Source: Octopus vulgaris (Eukaryota). From it: DNA of 64,000 bases. This document shows positions 41,080 to 55,805 of the stretch, in pieces. The notes under the pieces are model-generated. The model saw only the letters and a program-made list of their open reading frames with translations, was not told the DNA's origin and ran no database searches. The stretch's first letter is position 1. Every line of letters begins with the position of its first letter. The DNA is taken from positions 44,454,001 to 44,518,000 of the forward strand of contig OX597815.1 in NCBI GenBank assembly GCA_951406725.2, written 5' to 3'. The position numbers and the translations under genes were made by a program.

Positions 41080-42240
41080 GCACAGGAGAACAAAGTAGAC
41101 AAATATCACACGGAAAACTGCAAAAGGAGAAGAAAAAAAAACAGAAACGACATGGACACACTCATCGTTCATAAGTTATCGACCAAGAATCATCACAATT
41201 TTGAAGCCATATCGATGATACTGTTTAATTTGATGGTGTCAGCAACAAAAAGCACCAAAACTGTAATGAGCGAACATGAAGGATAAATATGACAAGTACG
41301 AAAAAAAAAAAACAAAGCCAAGTTCTCCAGACAAAATGGTGAAAAGGACGAAACAAACGAGAAAATACATAACACGAAAAGTAAGGACAGTAACGAAAAC
41401 AAATACATATAGGCGCAGGAGTGGCTGTGTGGTAAGTAGCTTGCTAACCAACCACAGGCTTCCGGGTTCAGTCCCACTGCGTGGCATCTTGGGCGAGTGT
41501 CTTCTGCTATAGCCCCGGGCCGACCAATGCCTTGTGAGTGGATTTGGTAGACGGAAACTGAAAGAAGCCTGTCGTATATATGTATATATATGTGTGTGTG
41601 TTTGTGTGTCTGTGTTTGTCCCCCTAGCATTGCTTGACAACCGATGCTAGTGTGTTTACGTCCCCGTTACTTAGCGGTTCGGCAAAAAAGAGACCGATAG
41701 AATAAGTACTGGGCTTACAAAGAATAAGTTCCGGGGTCGATTTGCTCGACGAAAGGCGGTGCTCCAGCATGGCCGCAGTCAAATGACTGAAACAAGTAAA
41801 AGAGTAAAAGAGTATTAAGCACCTAATATTTGTATACACGGAAAGCCTTTCTGCAATACGACAGGCTTAAGACATGATGTGCGAAAGTAAGGCTAATTGG
41901 AAAGAATGAGGTTCTTTCGGGCTTGGAAAATATACATAACAAAACAAGATAAACGGAGGTAAATTGTTGAAAGCTTCTGGCGAGAGAGATCATTCCGTTT
42001 CTTTAACGACTCAATACCTGGGTTACTTCTGCTAGTATTTCTTTCATTTACAATGATTCGAATTGTAGCGCATGTAGATTTTCAAGTTTCTTAGTCTAGG
42101 TTCCTGTTCTCCTTAGCAATGGTTCTAGAGAGCAGGAATCTCCAGCCACCGTTCCATAGATCATTTGGTACCGGGACGCACGGAAAGAATAAACCTTTAA
42201 ATTTATTTGTATTTAATTGACTATTGCAGTCTACAGGATG
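41080..42240 (-). mobile_element. Very degenerate Penelope-like 3' relic, split by SINE A
   Basis: Faint GIY-YIG-region similarity at 41820-42150; pLTR-like pyrimidine-rich segment at 41080-41400. Confidence 0.35.
41412..41813 (+). mobile_element. SINE A, full length, young
   Basis: Near-identical to 1201-1622. Confidence 0.92.
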
Positions 42241-42259
42241 TTTTTGTATTATATATGTA

Positions 42260-43344
42260 CTAGCAGTATCACCCGGTGCTGCTTGGGTTTGTTTCGACCC
42301 ATTAGAATTAGAATTTTTGAAAAGTAAAAATTTTGCATTATGCAACTTGTTATTCTCTTCAAGTGAACATTTTTCCAGTTGAAATACACCGAAAAATGGT
42401 GACACAGCAGTCAAAAATCGTAAAAAATAGGGATTTTCATAGAAAAAAAGCACTTTTTTGATGTAAATAATTTTTGGTGTTAACATGGTCCGATTTGAAT
42501 TTTATCTTCTACAGAATGAAGAGCAAGCCTTCTTCTATCATACTCTCAATTTTGGTCAACTTGCGCTGCAGGGTCTCGAAGGAGATAGTGTTGTTGAAGG
42601 CTACCAAACCTGCCACACACAGACAACTTCAGCTTTATATATATAGATTTGCTACACACTACTTTCCATCCTTAATAATGAAACTTGGTAGCTCCAAAAG
42701 TTAAACACACAGACACACAGGTTGAGTTTTATATATATAGATTTCTCAACGGGGATTTCCGGGGAGAGTTTCAGAGTGTCGCTGGCAATGTATCGTGATG
42801 ATCAAAAATCCGGCCTGCTAAAATTTGGTTAAAGTGATTCAAACTGCAGACTCAACGCAAAATGGTCACATTTAATTCAAAGCGTTAAAAATGTTATGAA
42901 AACAATTGGTATGTGTTCACAAAGTCCAAACGATTAATACGAAAAAACCCTCCAGGCTACATCCCGAAAATTCATTTCTTTGCCGAATTTTTACAATGTT
43001 TACGGCAATTCGTTTTTATATCTTGATTTTTTATTTTTCATGCAATTTACGTATGCTTGCACGCGTGGTGAACACAGTTCACGTCAAACAGCTGACTGAG
43101 TAAAGTTCACTATTCAATGCATGGGATAAGGCCTAAACAAACACATTATCGATTTTTGCACTTGCGAGATGAATTTCGGAACAGAAATAGCGCAGTTCAA
43201 TTTTCATTCGCCTAAACTTTAAGTTATCCATTTTTGGTGGTTCTACGATTTGTTGGCTAGGAGGAGATGTGCCGGGAAGTTAAACACACAGACACACACA
43301 CAGATACACACACAGACACACAAGTTGAGCTTTATAAATATAGA
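42260..43344 (-). mobile_element. Non-autonomous Helitron with stacked 5' termini
   Basis: CTAG end plus cccggtgctgcttggg hairpin at 42260-42287; TC-start termini at 42647, 42741 and 43344. Confidence 0.7.
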
Positions 43345-45844
43345 TTATATATGTATCACATATTTAATATATATGTTTCGTTAAGCACGTGATCTCCCGA
43401 TCTGAGGAAAAATTGTCCGTAGTACCAAAAACTTTGGGTACTGCTGCTATAGAAAATTGAGAACCAGCAGTGACCTGCGAAATAGTCCCCCTGTCGTCCA
43501 AAACTCTCGCTTTATAGATTTGAGCCTTAATATCATGAAGCAGCTTTGAACCTATTTCTCTGTTGGAAAAGTGAATATCTTAATTCCAAATAATTTTTCG
43601 AAACCGAGTCTTATTAATAAGCGGCCATTGGTGTTGAAGATTTCATTGCGATTCTGTATGTGTTCTGAATTACATTTGGCCATTGCTAGTCTCGCACAAC
43701 TTGTGCAATTGAGGTGTGTTTGTATAAAAATCCTGTATCTTGAATTTCATTTCTTATGTTGACAGATTGATGTAAAAAACTTCTTTTCCTTTTTTAAATC
43801 ACGATCGGCCTGCAAATGCACTTTGTAGAAAGCTGTAATGTTATAAGATGGTGGACAATGTAACCAGAAGATATACTATGGAATCTGTTCATGATGCATT
43901 TTTTAACGTTATTCATATGTTCGTTTTTACTTTTTTTTTCAGGACCAGTACAATAGTGTAACCATTTACGAATGCTAAAGTTCGTAAAAGACATTCAGTT
44001 AGCTAAGTGAACTTTACTGAAAGCAGCAATCACAACGTCTTAATTGTATAGTTAACATGCAATGAACGATAAGGACTTCTAAGGACAGTTTGTATCGTAT
44101 TAGTTAAGCGTAATACACAAACATTCCAATAAATATAATTTCTTAAAAGTTTCGGATTCTTGTTTTAGTGTATTACGTCGCATGTGAGAAATGCTTATTG
44201 ACAGTTAGAGAGTTGGTCTGTCAAAGTGATATCAAGAGAATATGGTAAAATCAATTACAGCATCCAAGAAACCCTTCATCTACGATTGCCTACATGTAAC
44301 AAGATGGAGATTTATGATAGTTATTTTTACCTCTTATCTTTGGTTAAATGAATTCTGGTTTGAGGTACTACACCACATTCGTGCTGGGTGTTTAAAATGA
44401 GAGCAGATAGTGAAAAAGCAGCCGACAATCGTAGCGAGGAGTCAAGACACATTTCAACAATGGAATGTGTTCACTACCACGTGCAACTTATGAAAGGTGA
44501 CCAATAGATACATTTATGAATCACATGGTCTGAAAGTTGTTGGTTTCTGAAACTGAAGCCGAACTTAAACGACAAACTCATTTACACTTTGAATTATCTG
44601 AGGGCACTTTTTCATACTCAACAAACCAACGATATTTTGCTTTCAAACCAATGAAATAAACTTTCGAAGGTATTTAGTTGAAGATTCTTTAGGTCCCATC
44701 AATTTTCTAATACTTTGGTCAAACCACTCCATTTCAATACACCGGCAGTGTTCCGCACGATCCATATTTTGACAAAAATAATTTACCTCAGCACTTATAT
44801 ATATGTCACACATTTGTGGCTACCTGATACTCATAAACACACACAGTTACGTAAATGAATCTCTTTGAAATAATTTTTATTATATAGGCATCTTCTACAA
44901 GCAACCTAAATACCCTTCCTTTGTTATGCATAACATAAACGAGTTAATCAATTTTAAACTTCTTAGTTCACCACTTTTCTTTCCATTATAGTAAAACTTG
45001 CCATGTAGATTCCTTGATATATTTGCTATGCATACTGCACACATGAACATGCTTTTTTTGCAGTTCCACATAGAATCAAATTAAAATATTAACTTCTATT
45101 AAATTTAAGTGAAGTCGCTTTGCACCATCTCTTTAAAAAATTATATTCACATGTGCTCTGAGTCACAAAGACCATACGGAAACTTTTGTTATTAAGTAAA
45201 GCAAAAATCATATTACTGTCCATGTTCTTATCTATTGTAAATTATCGTTCCTGACTCAAGTGGTGTGGGAATTAACATGTAACTCATGTAGCCAATGAAA
45301 AAGCGGATCCCGACGAATTCTTGAAGGAAGAGACGAATTTGATTATAAAACAAACCTGTCTAATTAATCGAAACTTGATGTAATAGCAAATCACATCAAT
45401 TAATTGAATATTGTTATACCCTACAGCAGACATGGGCAACTTTTTCTAGAAGCAGATCGCATGAGATATAGATCATCATCAGATGGGCCGCATCACTAAA
45501 AAATTTAAGGTAATTTTTCGTTAGGTGTGCCATTCAGAAACAACTGCGTGTCGTAATTTTCCTATGACCGATCTACGGTATATATTGAGTATTTTAATCG
45601 TATTCGTTATAAAAAATGGTGAATATGTAAGTAAGTGTATGTGCATGCATGAGTAGATAGATAGACAGACAAAAACAAACAGACAGACAGACAACTACGT
45701 ATTCAGATTTTGCACCACGAGCAAACAGCACAGGTTTTAAATTAAGTCGAGTATGCTAATTAAGTTTTATTTAACGAAATATAAAGCCAACTGAGTGCAG
45801 TAGATGCTTATTATCATTTTTATTATGATGATGATGATGATGAA

Positions 45845-46305
45845 AGGAGACGGCGAGCTGGTAGAAACCTTAGCACGCCGGGCAAAATGCTTAGTGGCAT
45901 TACCGTCTTTACGTCCTGAGCTCAAACTCTGCCGAGATCGACTTTGCCTTTCATCCTTTCGGGATCGACGAAATAAGTACCAGTTACACACTGGGGTCAA
46001 TATGATCGACTAGTCCCCCCCCCCGCCGCAAATTCCAGGCCTTGTGCCTATAGAAGAAAGGATTATTATTATTATTATCATAGGAGACGGCGAAGTGACA
46101 GAATCGTTAACACGCCGGGCAAACTACTTAGCTGTATTTTGTCCGTCTTTATGTTCTGAATTCAAATTCTGCTAGGCCCGACTTTGCCTTACATGCTTTC
46201 AGGGTCGATGAAATAAGTACCAGTTTTGCACTGGGATCGATGTAATCGACTAGCCAGCTCCCCTAAAAGTTCCAGGCCTTGTGCATCCAGTAGAAATGAT
46301 TATTA
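45845..46305 (+). mobile_element. Two tandem SINE B copies with alternative tail ending (ATT)n
   Basis: ggagacggcgag..ctttgcctttcatcctttc..ccaggccttgtgc..gattatt, present twice. Confidence 0.85.
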
Positions 46306-47338
46306 TCATAAGAAATATTACTAATGGTTAGTGCCAAATATTTCTAAAATTAGTTTCTTGAAACGGAATCATTTGCAAATCAACAAATAAGAGTTTACCT
46401 GGTCACTTGATGTGTTAGAAATAACAGCCAAATTTCCCTCCTGTCACATTCTAGTGTCTGAAATAAGTAGATGACACTCTGGTTATGTAACCGTGTTCTG
46501 GACTTATCCCTGAAAAGATGGTGTGGCCACGACTAGAATGTCTTCGATGTCATATTTCTGAGCCTTTAGAACTGCCCTTCGACAAAATAACAACGACAAC
46601 AACAACAACGACGCCAACAAAGCAACAACAATATTGTCTTGATTTGCGAAAAAACTTTCGCCTTTGTATTTCCTGTTTAGGTACACATAATGAAACATTT
46701 AATACAACACAAAATAATTTAATGAATATATGATTAAATTAAAACAGATTTATATTTGGCCACAATTCGATTTACTTTTTGCTATTATCTACATATTGTT
46801 TTTTTTAATTTTAAACTATCAAAGAGAAGTGAACAAAAATATAAATAATTTAATAAAGGAATAATTAAATGAAACGTAATTTATAATCTGTACATATTGG
46901 CAAATCTCACACGCAGGGGTTCAATTAAAAATATTTTTTATGCTTACCAACATTTACATGCATGCGTAAACATAGATAAACGTACATTTATACATTTATG
47001 AATGTGGTACGTATGAATACTGACTAATACATACACAAACTTAGACACACACACGCGCGCGCTCACACACATACACACACATACACGCAAACACAAACAC
47101 GCACACACACATAAACACATTTATGTATGCCGTATGAAACACAAATGCACTCACTAATATATAATATTCAAATTAGCTTTATATGTATTTGTTTATGGAG
47201 TTGGTGTAATATTTTAAGAAACTTCACGTACATATAGACATGAATTTATATACATAAATCTATCTACATAAATGCATATATAATGCACGTGTTATACATA
47301 CATACATACACACACACACATACATACATACATACATA

Positions 47339-47391
<53 letters not shown>

Positions 47392-47967
47392 TTACATACA
47401 TGTACACAATCTGAACAAACTGTTGTCTTTTTATTATACCAAAATCCCAAAATCCTATAGCATCAATAGTAATATTCTTCGGATTGTGACAGGGAACAAA
47501 ACTTCACGATAGAAAAACTCCAGAAAGCGCTTTTATTGTCGGCCACTAGCACACAGAAAAAAAAGAAGAAAAAATTAAGAAAAAGATTATCGGCATAAAA
47601 GTTCTCAGAAGGGTTAGATCATGCCAACGTTAGGAAATACAATTGTTGTAACAAAGAACAAACCTTCTTAGCTGATGAAGAATTCTGGTTAACTACACAC
47701 CAAAATTTAATAATTAGATTAGGATTTAGGTTTAAGAATACAATTGCCAAAAAAACATGTTCGTATTTCAAAAGCAGAACAATGGAAAAAGAGGGTCGAG
47801 AGGGAAAGTAAAAAAAACAAAAAAAAACCACTTAAGGTACAGCAGACTTTCTCTACAGTTTATATTTTCTCAATTGAAATGAAACAAATGTACCATGTAG
47901 TTTAAGCTTAAGGTGATAGACAAGGTCACAGAAACACTGGAAGCTACTGTTGAAATGTGTATGGTAT

Positions 47968-48190
47968 CGAGTCGTAGGACACACAGGGCCGGCTATCCGG
48001 TTTCCATGGCATATTAGTTACCAAGATCACAACATTACTCTGTACAGGAGGCCAATCCAAAGCAGAGTTGTTCATTTATAGCTGAGTGGACAGGAGTAAC
48101 ATAAAATGAAGTATTTTGCAGAAAATCACAATGCACCGCCAGGTCTTTGAGTCAAGACCAAGAATCTTGCGATCCTGATTGTAGCTTCTT
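47968..48190 (-). mobile_element. Old SINE (family D), diverged
   Basis: ccggtttccatggcatat..agctgagtggac..aaaatgaagtattttgc; related to 52325-52457 and 10841-11085. Confidence 0.5.
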
Positions 48191-48308
48191 TAAGATTCAT
48201 GATCGCTTTACAGCGTCATAGTTTGTGGGTTATGTTTTTACAATCCAAGAGCAGGTGGTAGCTATAAAATTGAACAAAAGATATAGTAAAACGCTAAACT
48301 CTCGAAGT

Positions 48309-48569
48309 GTGGAGACACATGGCCTAGTGGTTAGAGCAGCGGTTTGAATCTCAGACCGGGCGATGTGTGCGTTTATGAGCGAAACACCTAAGCTCTACGC
48401 GGCTCCGGCAGAAGGTAATGGTGAACTTCTGCTGACTCTTTCGCCACAACTTTCTCTCACTCTTTCCTCTTGTATCCTGCGACGGACCGGCGTCCCGTCC
48501 AGGTGGGGAACCTATACGCCAAGGAAACCGGGAAACAGGCCCTTATGAGCCAGGCATGACTCGAGAAGG
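48309..48569 (+). mobile_element. SINE C, tail type 4
   Basis: Same head with an internal deletion; tail cctgcgacggaccggcgtcccgtccagg..gactcgagaagg; TSD aaac(t/c)ctcgaagt at 48296-48308 and 48570-48582. Confidence 0.82.
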
Positions 48570-49302
48570 AAACCCTCGAAGTGCGATCGCAAATGTCTCT
48601 TATGTCATGTATTTGTGGAAGATGGCATTTATGATTAGCAGCTTCGTTAATGAATTACTTTCTGATGCAGCAACATGTTACTGCTAATGCAATGTGCAAT
48701 GTACAAGAAAGACTACTCTGGGACAATTATAAAAGGTATTTTTGATATTGAGTATATACATATACATACATATATACATACACACACACATACACATACT
48801 TTTCAACACAAGGAATATTGGTGAAACATTATTATCAAGATATTTAGGTAACTATAACGTACTTGATATCGTTTTAAGGGGTGGCGAGATGTATTTACTG
48901 TTATAGAAACCAACTGCTCTGCAGATGTGGAAATTTATTGTGAAAATCAATGGGCAGGAAAATATATATGGACAAGCGCTTTGAAGTCAACAGCTTCTCT
49001 ATTCAGATTATAAATTTACAATTGTACTCATAACCATTTGCATATTGGGTTATGACGCTGTATAAGTAGAAATCAGAGAAAGCTTTTTTGGTTTTAGACA
49101 AAGAAAGTGACCAGCCTATATGTACTTTATAAATCTAATCGATAAAAAGATGTTATGATTCTTCTACAGTTGAAAATAAATCTTTACCGTAAATGTTACA
49201 TATATTCCTCCAGTGAATATGTTTCTTTGTTATCAACCCATTTTTTTTATAGGAAGAATTCAATGAATTTAAGAGAGTGACAAAGAGAGAGTGACAAAGA
49301 GA

Positions 49303-49341
<39 letters not shown>

Positions 49342-51549
49342 CAGACAGACAGACAGAGACAGGCAGACTGAGAGACAGACAATATAAAGCATATATACAA
49401 ACAGCTGTAAATATATGAATAGGTACATAGTATCCTGTCATTGAAAACCCACAGAGATCTGCTAAACAATCTTCCCAAACAGAGTGGTTGTCTTCTACGC
49501 TATAAATATTTCAAAGAGAATATTCTGTGCTTCTGTTTACTTCGGCACTAAATCCACTGCCGTTTCTTTTATGAAAAGGTGCTTATTTGCTAGCGCTTGT
49601 TGCAAGACTATACACTATTGCAACCCATAATTTCTTTTCGAACGATTTAGAGTTCTATACTTGAAATATTTACAATGCAGAGGAACAACTGAATTTATTA
49701 ACAATATTTTCTGTTAATATAAAGATGGAATTTGGCACCTCAAAAATGTTCATATGAGTCGATTAAACGCTGGAAAACTGTTTTCCATATCTAAAAAGTT
49801 TGCTTTAATGGCCTTTCGATCTATTCTGTTCCATCCAACGTTATTATAATTTGCTACGTGCTTATAAAAATATAACATAAAATGGTGATCTAAACAAAGA
49901 TAAAGTGGCCTTAAAAATATGGCAATCGGAGCCTCCCCCTTACAGCATGACAGTATCCCACAGCACATTTGCAATAGCCGTTCTGAGATGAATGACTAAT
50001 CTATACAAGGAAACCCGCTCTGTAGGTATTAAAATCTGCAAAATCCTGAAGCAGTAATATTGACTGTCTCTTTCTCGGAAAAAAAGAGGGTGGATGATGT
50101 TTAAAATCAGTGCTGATGGCGTATGCGTGCAGAACGATATCCAACAGACAGTATTTCCTAAACTACGGTAACAAAAGTAAATATGTGAGCTCATAAGCGA
50201 CGAGAACAACAACCCTTGGATTAACAGTGAACTCTTTATAAAATATTCACTTTTCAATTAGTACCATGTGATCCAGAATTTCTGGACTAGTAATAGGTCA
50301 ACAGCAGATCTGGATATCAAACACTCTGCATACCACAAACAGTTATTCAAGAGTGTGTTTCCTGTATACGTGGGAATAATACTAAATGTAGTTTTTGTTG
50401 GACTCGTGACACATGGACATCACATTTTGAAGTTTATGCTTTTACAATTCAAGAGCAAGAAATATTTATGTTATAGCTAATAAACAAAAGAGACAGTGAA
50501 ACAATTAAACCACTACTGTGCAACCAAAAATATCGATTATCTTACATTTCTGAGGAAGAGCTAGAGCATACGATCAGCAGTTATACTAAAATATCATCAA
50601 GGTACGACCTCTCGTTGTAACAGTAACAACTGTTATTACTAAAACAATATGCAATGCCATCCATTCAATAAATATTGTTATTGAATAGATAACTATCAAT
50701 ACAAACAATAATGAGACTCGAAGTGAGAACATAAAGGCGGACAGAATGCTGACAAGCATTTCGCTCGACGCGCTAACGATTCAGGAGTCGAATAATAACG
50801 ACGGGAACAAGGAAAGCTTATAGCGAAAAGGAAAAAAAGATATAGAGTTTAGTGTTAACATGATAAAAATGATAGAAGCCTGTAGACTGATGCAAAATAA
50901 GGGAGCAGCCTGTCTCTATTTCGAATATATATTCAATCTAAAAATTTTACATAAGCCAGGTTAGCGACAACTCCTCTTCTACGTATAATATCTGTTCATA
51001 AAATTATTAAAGTTAACATGTAATGTAAACATTTTAATAACCGTCGCTAGATATTGCAATCTTTATGATTTAATCGCCACCCATAGTTTGGTGTAATCTG
51101 TACAGTTTGGACGATCATCACAAGTTGGGTGTTTGAATTTTATTATCTCTTTGTTATTGTTGATTACAATCTATGGTATACAATACGTCTCTAGTGCATT
51201 AGGTAATCATTTAATAGACAGAACTCAAGGCCACTGTACGATATATTTACAGACACATGCATATACAGAAACATGCATATATACACTCTCATGCGTTTAG
51301 TTTTCAGTAAGTGTATGTATGCATATTTGTATGCATACGTCAACTTATATACACCTATATATTGTATAAATTTCGATGAGAAGATATATTAAAATGCTTT
51401 AAGATAAACACAATTAACCGAAACTAAGAAACTCATGGAAATTATGTGAATTTTGGAAAAACTTACTTGCTGCTTAACTAGTTCTCATCGTAAAAAATCC
51501 ATAATGCAACATAATTAAATATTTAAACTGATTTATTTGAATAACCTTT

Positions 51550-51695
51550 GCAGGTGTGGGTGTGTGGTAAGTAGCTTGCTTACCAACCACATGGTTTCGC
51601 CTTGGGCAAGTGTCTTCTACTATAGCCTCGGGCCGACCAAAGCCTTATGAGTGGATTTGGTAGACGGAAACTGAAAGAATCCCGTCGTATATATG

Positions 51696-51733
<38 letters not shown>

Positions 51734-51955
51734 CATGTATGTTTGTGTGTCTGTGTTTGTCCCCCTAGCATTGCTTGACAGCCGATGCTGGTGTGTTTAT
51801 GTCACTTAGCGTCACTTAGCGGATCGGCAAAAGAGACCGATAGAATAAGTACTGGGCTTACAAAGAATAAGTCCCGGGGTCGGGTTGCTCGATTAAAGGC
51901 GGTGCTCCAGTATGGCCGCAGTCAAATGACTGAATCAAGTAAAAGAGTAAAAGAG
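51550..51955 (+). mobile_element. SINE A (B-box region deleted)
   Basis: Otherwise near-identical to 41412-41813. Confidence 0.88.
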
Positions 51956-52053
51956 TGTATATGTTTACATGTTAAACGTATACGTTCATACAATATATAG
52001 CCATCATTTGATTTTTAAATAACTTAAAGCCTGTATGTATGTATGTATGTATG

Positions 52054-52117
<64 letters not shown>

Positions 52118-52324
52118 TATATATACATATATATATGTATATATGCAAGTGTGTATGTATGTATGCATGTATGTATGCATGTATATACACGTGTAAATGC
52201 AAAACAGAGTGGGAAAAAAATAGTACTCGAAAACCGAAGGTAGAGTAATGTGCTTTTTTATTAAAGCTGCAAAAATATCACAGTTTTTTGTTTCCCATTT
52301 ATCGGGCAGTTGTGATCAAGATTC

Positions 52325-52457
52325 TTGAGTGAAGTGGAGCAACGTGAAATGAAGTGTTTTGTTCAGGAATACAATGCGTCTCCCGTTCCAGGAATCGAAA
52401 TCACAATCTTAAGATCACGAATCCAACATCCTAACTACTAAGCCACGTGCCTCCACT
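52325..52457 (-). mobile_element. Old tRNA-SINE head (family D)
   Basis: Reverse complement gtggaggcacgtggcttagtagttaggatgttgg..atttcgattcctgg. Confidence 0.65.
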
Positions 52458-52558
52458 GGCAGCAATAGTGCCTAAAAGTGATCCCACAGCTCCAAAACCC
52501 CTGCAATTCCTGCTCGAGAGCCCCGCTACCGGATGCTGTTTAAAGTCATACCCAGGAT

Positions 52559-52599
<41 letters not shown>

Positions 52600-53239
52600 A
52601 AGAACGATAGATAGATACATACATACATACGTACATGCATACTTACAAACAAACAAACATACATATATGCATTCATACATGCACACTTGTATACATGCAT
52701 ACATACATGCATACAAAAATACACACATACTTACATACACACGACATACATTTAATGTACACACATTTAAACATATGTACCTATATGCAAGAATGGACAT
52801 ACACACGCACTCACACACAAACACACATGAGATGTTTGGCTACACATGAAATCATTAAGTATTTTTTCAATATTGCCATGGATGGTATGTACTGTGGCTA
52901 TACATGCCAATGTAAATACACATAACACGCACATACACGCACACAACACACACACATACACCCACTCAAACACACACACACATGCATACTCAGGGATAGA
53001 CGTCCATACAGGTCTCCATATCTGCATATAGATTTTCCTTACTTGTTAGGAGATGGAAGTTTTAACTGTATACATGTACATGTGTGTGTGTATATGCTTG
53101 TGTATTCTGATATCATTCTGTATAATTCAGTTTCATTAATTTTTTACATGTAATCTACATTTTAGAGATAGATGTGGTTAATAGAAATGTAGATGACAAT
53201 GAAAAATTAATTACATTCTGTCCAAATGTTAGTGCGTTT

Positions 53240-53950
53240 ATCTATAACTATCCGGTTTGGTGACTTGCCCTGACCACTGCAACTCTTCTACCCCAGATAT
53301 TCCAATCTTCTATAGTAGTCTTTACATCCTCAACTTGGTATCCAGTGTCTTCAACAAGTTGATCGATACATGCTCTTCTTGGTCTACCCATACTTGTATG
53401 TCCATGTTGTGAGTTTCCAGAGAAGGAGATCGCTGGATATTTCGTCCTTGCTTCTTCGGTAATATCCTGCATAACATATTCTTTCTATGATTACAGAGAA
53501 TGGTAGGAAGACTTCCATACACTGGTTGCATTGTTGGGTGTTGCCTAAAAGACAGATTGAGAACTAACTGTACGAAGCATCCTTATGTATTATCAAGCTT
53601 CTTTTCAAGTGATGACTGATTTTTTAAGAATAAATACAACCATACAATGGTATAAGTTACTTTTGGATGAAGTGAAGATGTATTGGTCTTAAAAACTATC
53701 CAAAAGATATATACGCCCAGAAATTCAAAGCAGTTCACCATCATCTCTCTAGTTGAACATTAAGAGGCTATGATTTCCGCTCTGCTATCTGGGTTAAAAA
53801 CTGATTTTCTTGGTTTTCTTCATGTTGTTATTATATCAATTGACCAGTCTCTGGGGATAATAACGAACGTTCTAAAACTTTTCATGTCAGTGTGGGATTC
53901 GTGAGAACAATTATAATTATCTGCGAAGATGAGGTGAGTTGTGCAGAATT
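53240..53950 (-). mobile_element. RTE/RTEX-like LINE 3' relic
   Basis: VYGSLPTI..GRPRRACIDQLVEDTG..IEDWNIWGRRV resembles an RTE-clade C-terminus. Confidence 0.6.
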
Positions 53951-55216
53951 GGATATCTAACCATGTGGATTCTTTACACTTTTAGACATTTTCTTTATAA
54001 CTGTGACGTAATAGGTGGATACTTATTCTTAGTATCAAAACTGTACATAGAAATAATTTCGAATTTGGAGTAGTTTTTATCAACTTCTACTTCGTTCAGT
54101 CGCTTTTTTATTGACACATGTTAGACAACCTTTTCCATAACCTTATACTGACTGTCACTTTCACTAACAGTCTTCTCTAGTTTCTTTTTATGTAGAAACC
54201 TAACAATGGTAATGCTCATCTCTTTGTCACGACTTAATGTTCGGTGAAAGACTGATTTCTCTTTTCGTCTTTTTTTTCTTTGAGAAGCGACTTTCTTTGA
54301 TATTTTTATTTAATCAAAGTGTTTATGATTCGGCAAAGTATTTGATGGTCTTGTGATTCATGAATACACATAATTTTTAGTATATCAAGTAACCACGTCA
54401 TTACATTTGTCTAAATGAGATGAAGGATATTTGAATAATGTCTCGGTCAGACAGTCAGTCAGTCAGAGAAGCTATGAATATATTTTCATGGACAAATGGT
54501 TTCTCCTGTCCAACAGAGAAGTCGTATCTAAGGCTTGCAACTACTTTTGATTTCTTCATAGTGTAGCTCACGAATGAAACTGTGAGTGACTTCCCTAGTT
54601 GTTTAGTATAAAAGTGTAGGTATTGTTTACCATGTGTGACATAAGTGAAATATTTTATTTGGGCTGGTTTTCTTTGAGGCAACCTTTGAAGTGTCTGCAC
54701 TCATTAACAACAATCGATGTTGCATCTGGATAAGAGACATGTACCATTGCAAACACACAGACATACACACGCCCCACATAGACATATACACACTCATATA
54801 CACAAGTATATAAAAACAAACAAACGCACAGTTACATAAGCGTTAGGTGCCACATTACGATTCATTATATGGTGTTGAGTTTTGTCTTAATAGGTCAATT
54901 TGTAATATATTATTTACTAACACTAATTAAGCAGCTAACCTGTTAAACCAACCGTCACGTGAGGTATGTTATAGTTAGAAAAGTCTGGGCGATTGAAGTC
55001 AGAAGAGTCGGAGAGAGTTTTTGTGAAAGACAGAAATGGATTTATAAAACGAAATACTTATATGAAGATAGAAAGAAAATTTAGGAATCTGAAAACAATA
55101 TAATTTAGAAAGACTTAGAAAGAAATGATAACGAGCAAAACACACACACACATTTATATATATGTATTTATGTACGTGCATGTGTGAATGTGTGTGTATA
55201 TATGTATGCATATCAT

Positions 55217-55536
55217 TATTCAATCTTATTTCAGGATTTATTTTGCCAAAGAGAAAGAGGTGGTTTCTAACCTAGATCCAAGGCTCCTTCATTAAAATTT
55301 CAACATTAACAAGGTATTTTTGTAACCATGTATGCATACGTGCAGATTGGTATGTTTTGTTTATGTGTGGCTTCTCATGCATATACTTGCATATCTAGAC
55401 ATGCTATTACAAACTTAAATGATAAACTTCTAGAAAGTTTTACAGATTTTAACAATTCCAGTGATGGCTTGGATCTGTAGTCTTTGAATCAGCTTTCTCC
55501 TTTCTGATTTTGAGAAGCTTAATTTCTCAAGATTGG

Positions 55537-55538
<2 letters not shown>
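55217..55538 (-). mobile_element. RLE-type (R4/Dong-like) LINE, short 3' end copy
   Basis: Homologous to 55806-56163; encodes TNLEKLSFSKSERRKLIQRLQIQAITGIVKICKTF. Confidence 0.8.
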
Positions 55539-55568
<30 letters not shown>

Positions 55569-55805
55569 TGTATGTATGTATGTATGTATGTATGTATGTA
55601 TGTATGTATGTGCATGTATGTATGTATGTATGTATGTATGTATGTATGTATGTATGTATGTATGTATGTATGTATGCATGTATGTATGCATGTATGTATG
55701 TATGTATGTATGTATGCATGTATGTATGAATGTATGCAAGCATGCATGCATGCATGTATGTATGTATGTATATATGTATGTATATGTAAGTATGTATGTA
55801 TGTAT

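Noticed and set aside
45427-45600. hAT-like terminus cagacatgggcaac
   Set aside because: No matching opposite TIR or TSD found
49750-50480. ORFs 49750-49974, 49940-50257 and 50268-50480 as exons
   Set aside because: No recognisable domain; faint KRGWM-like hints of an ancient pogo transposase are too weak to call
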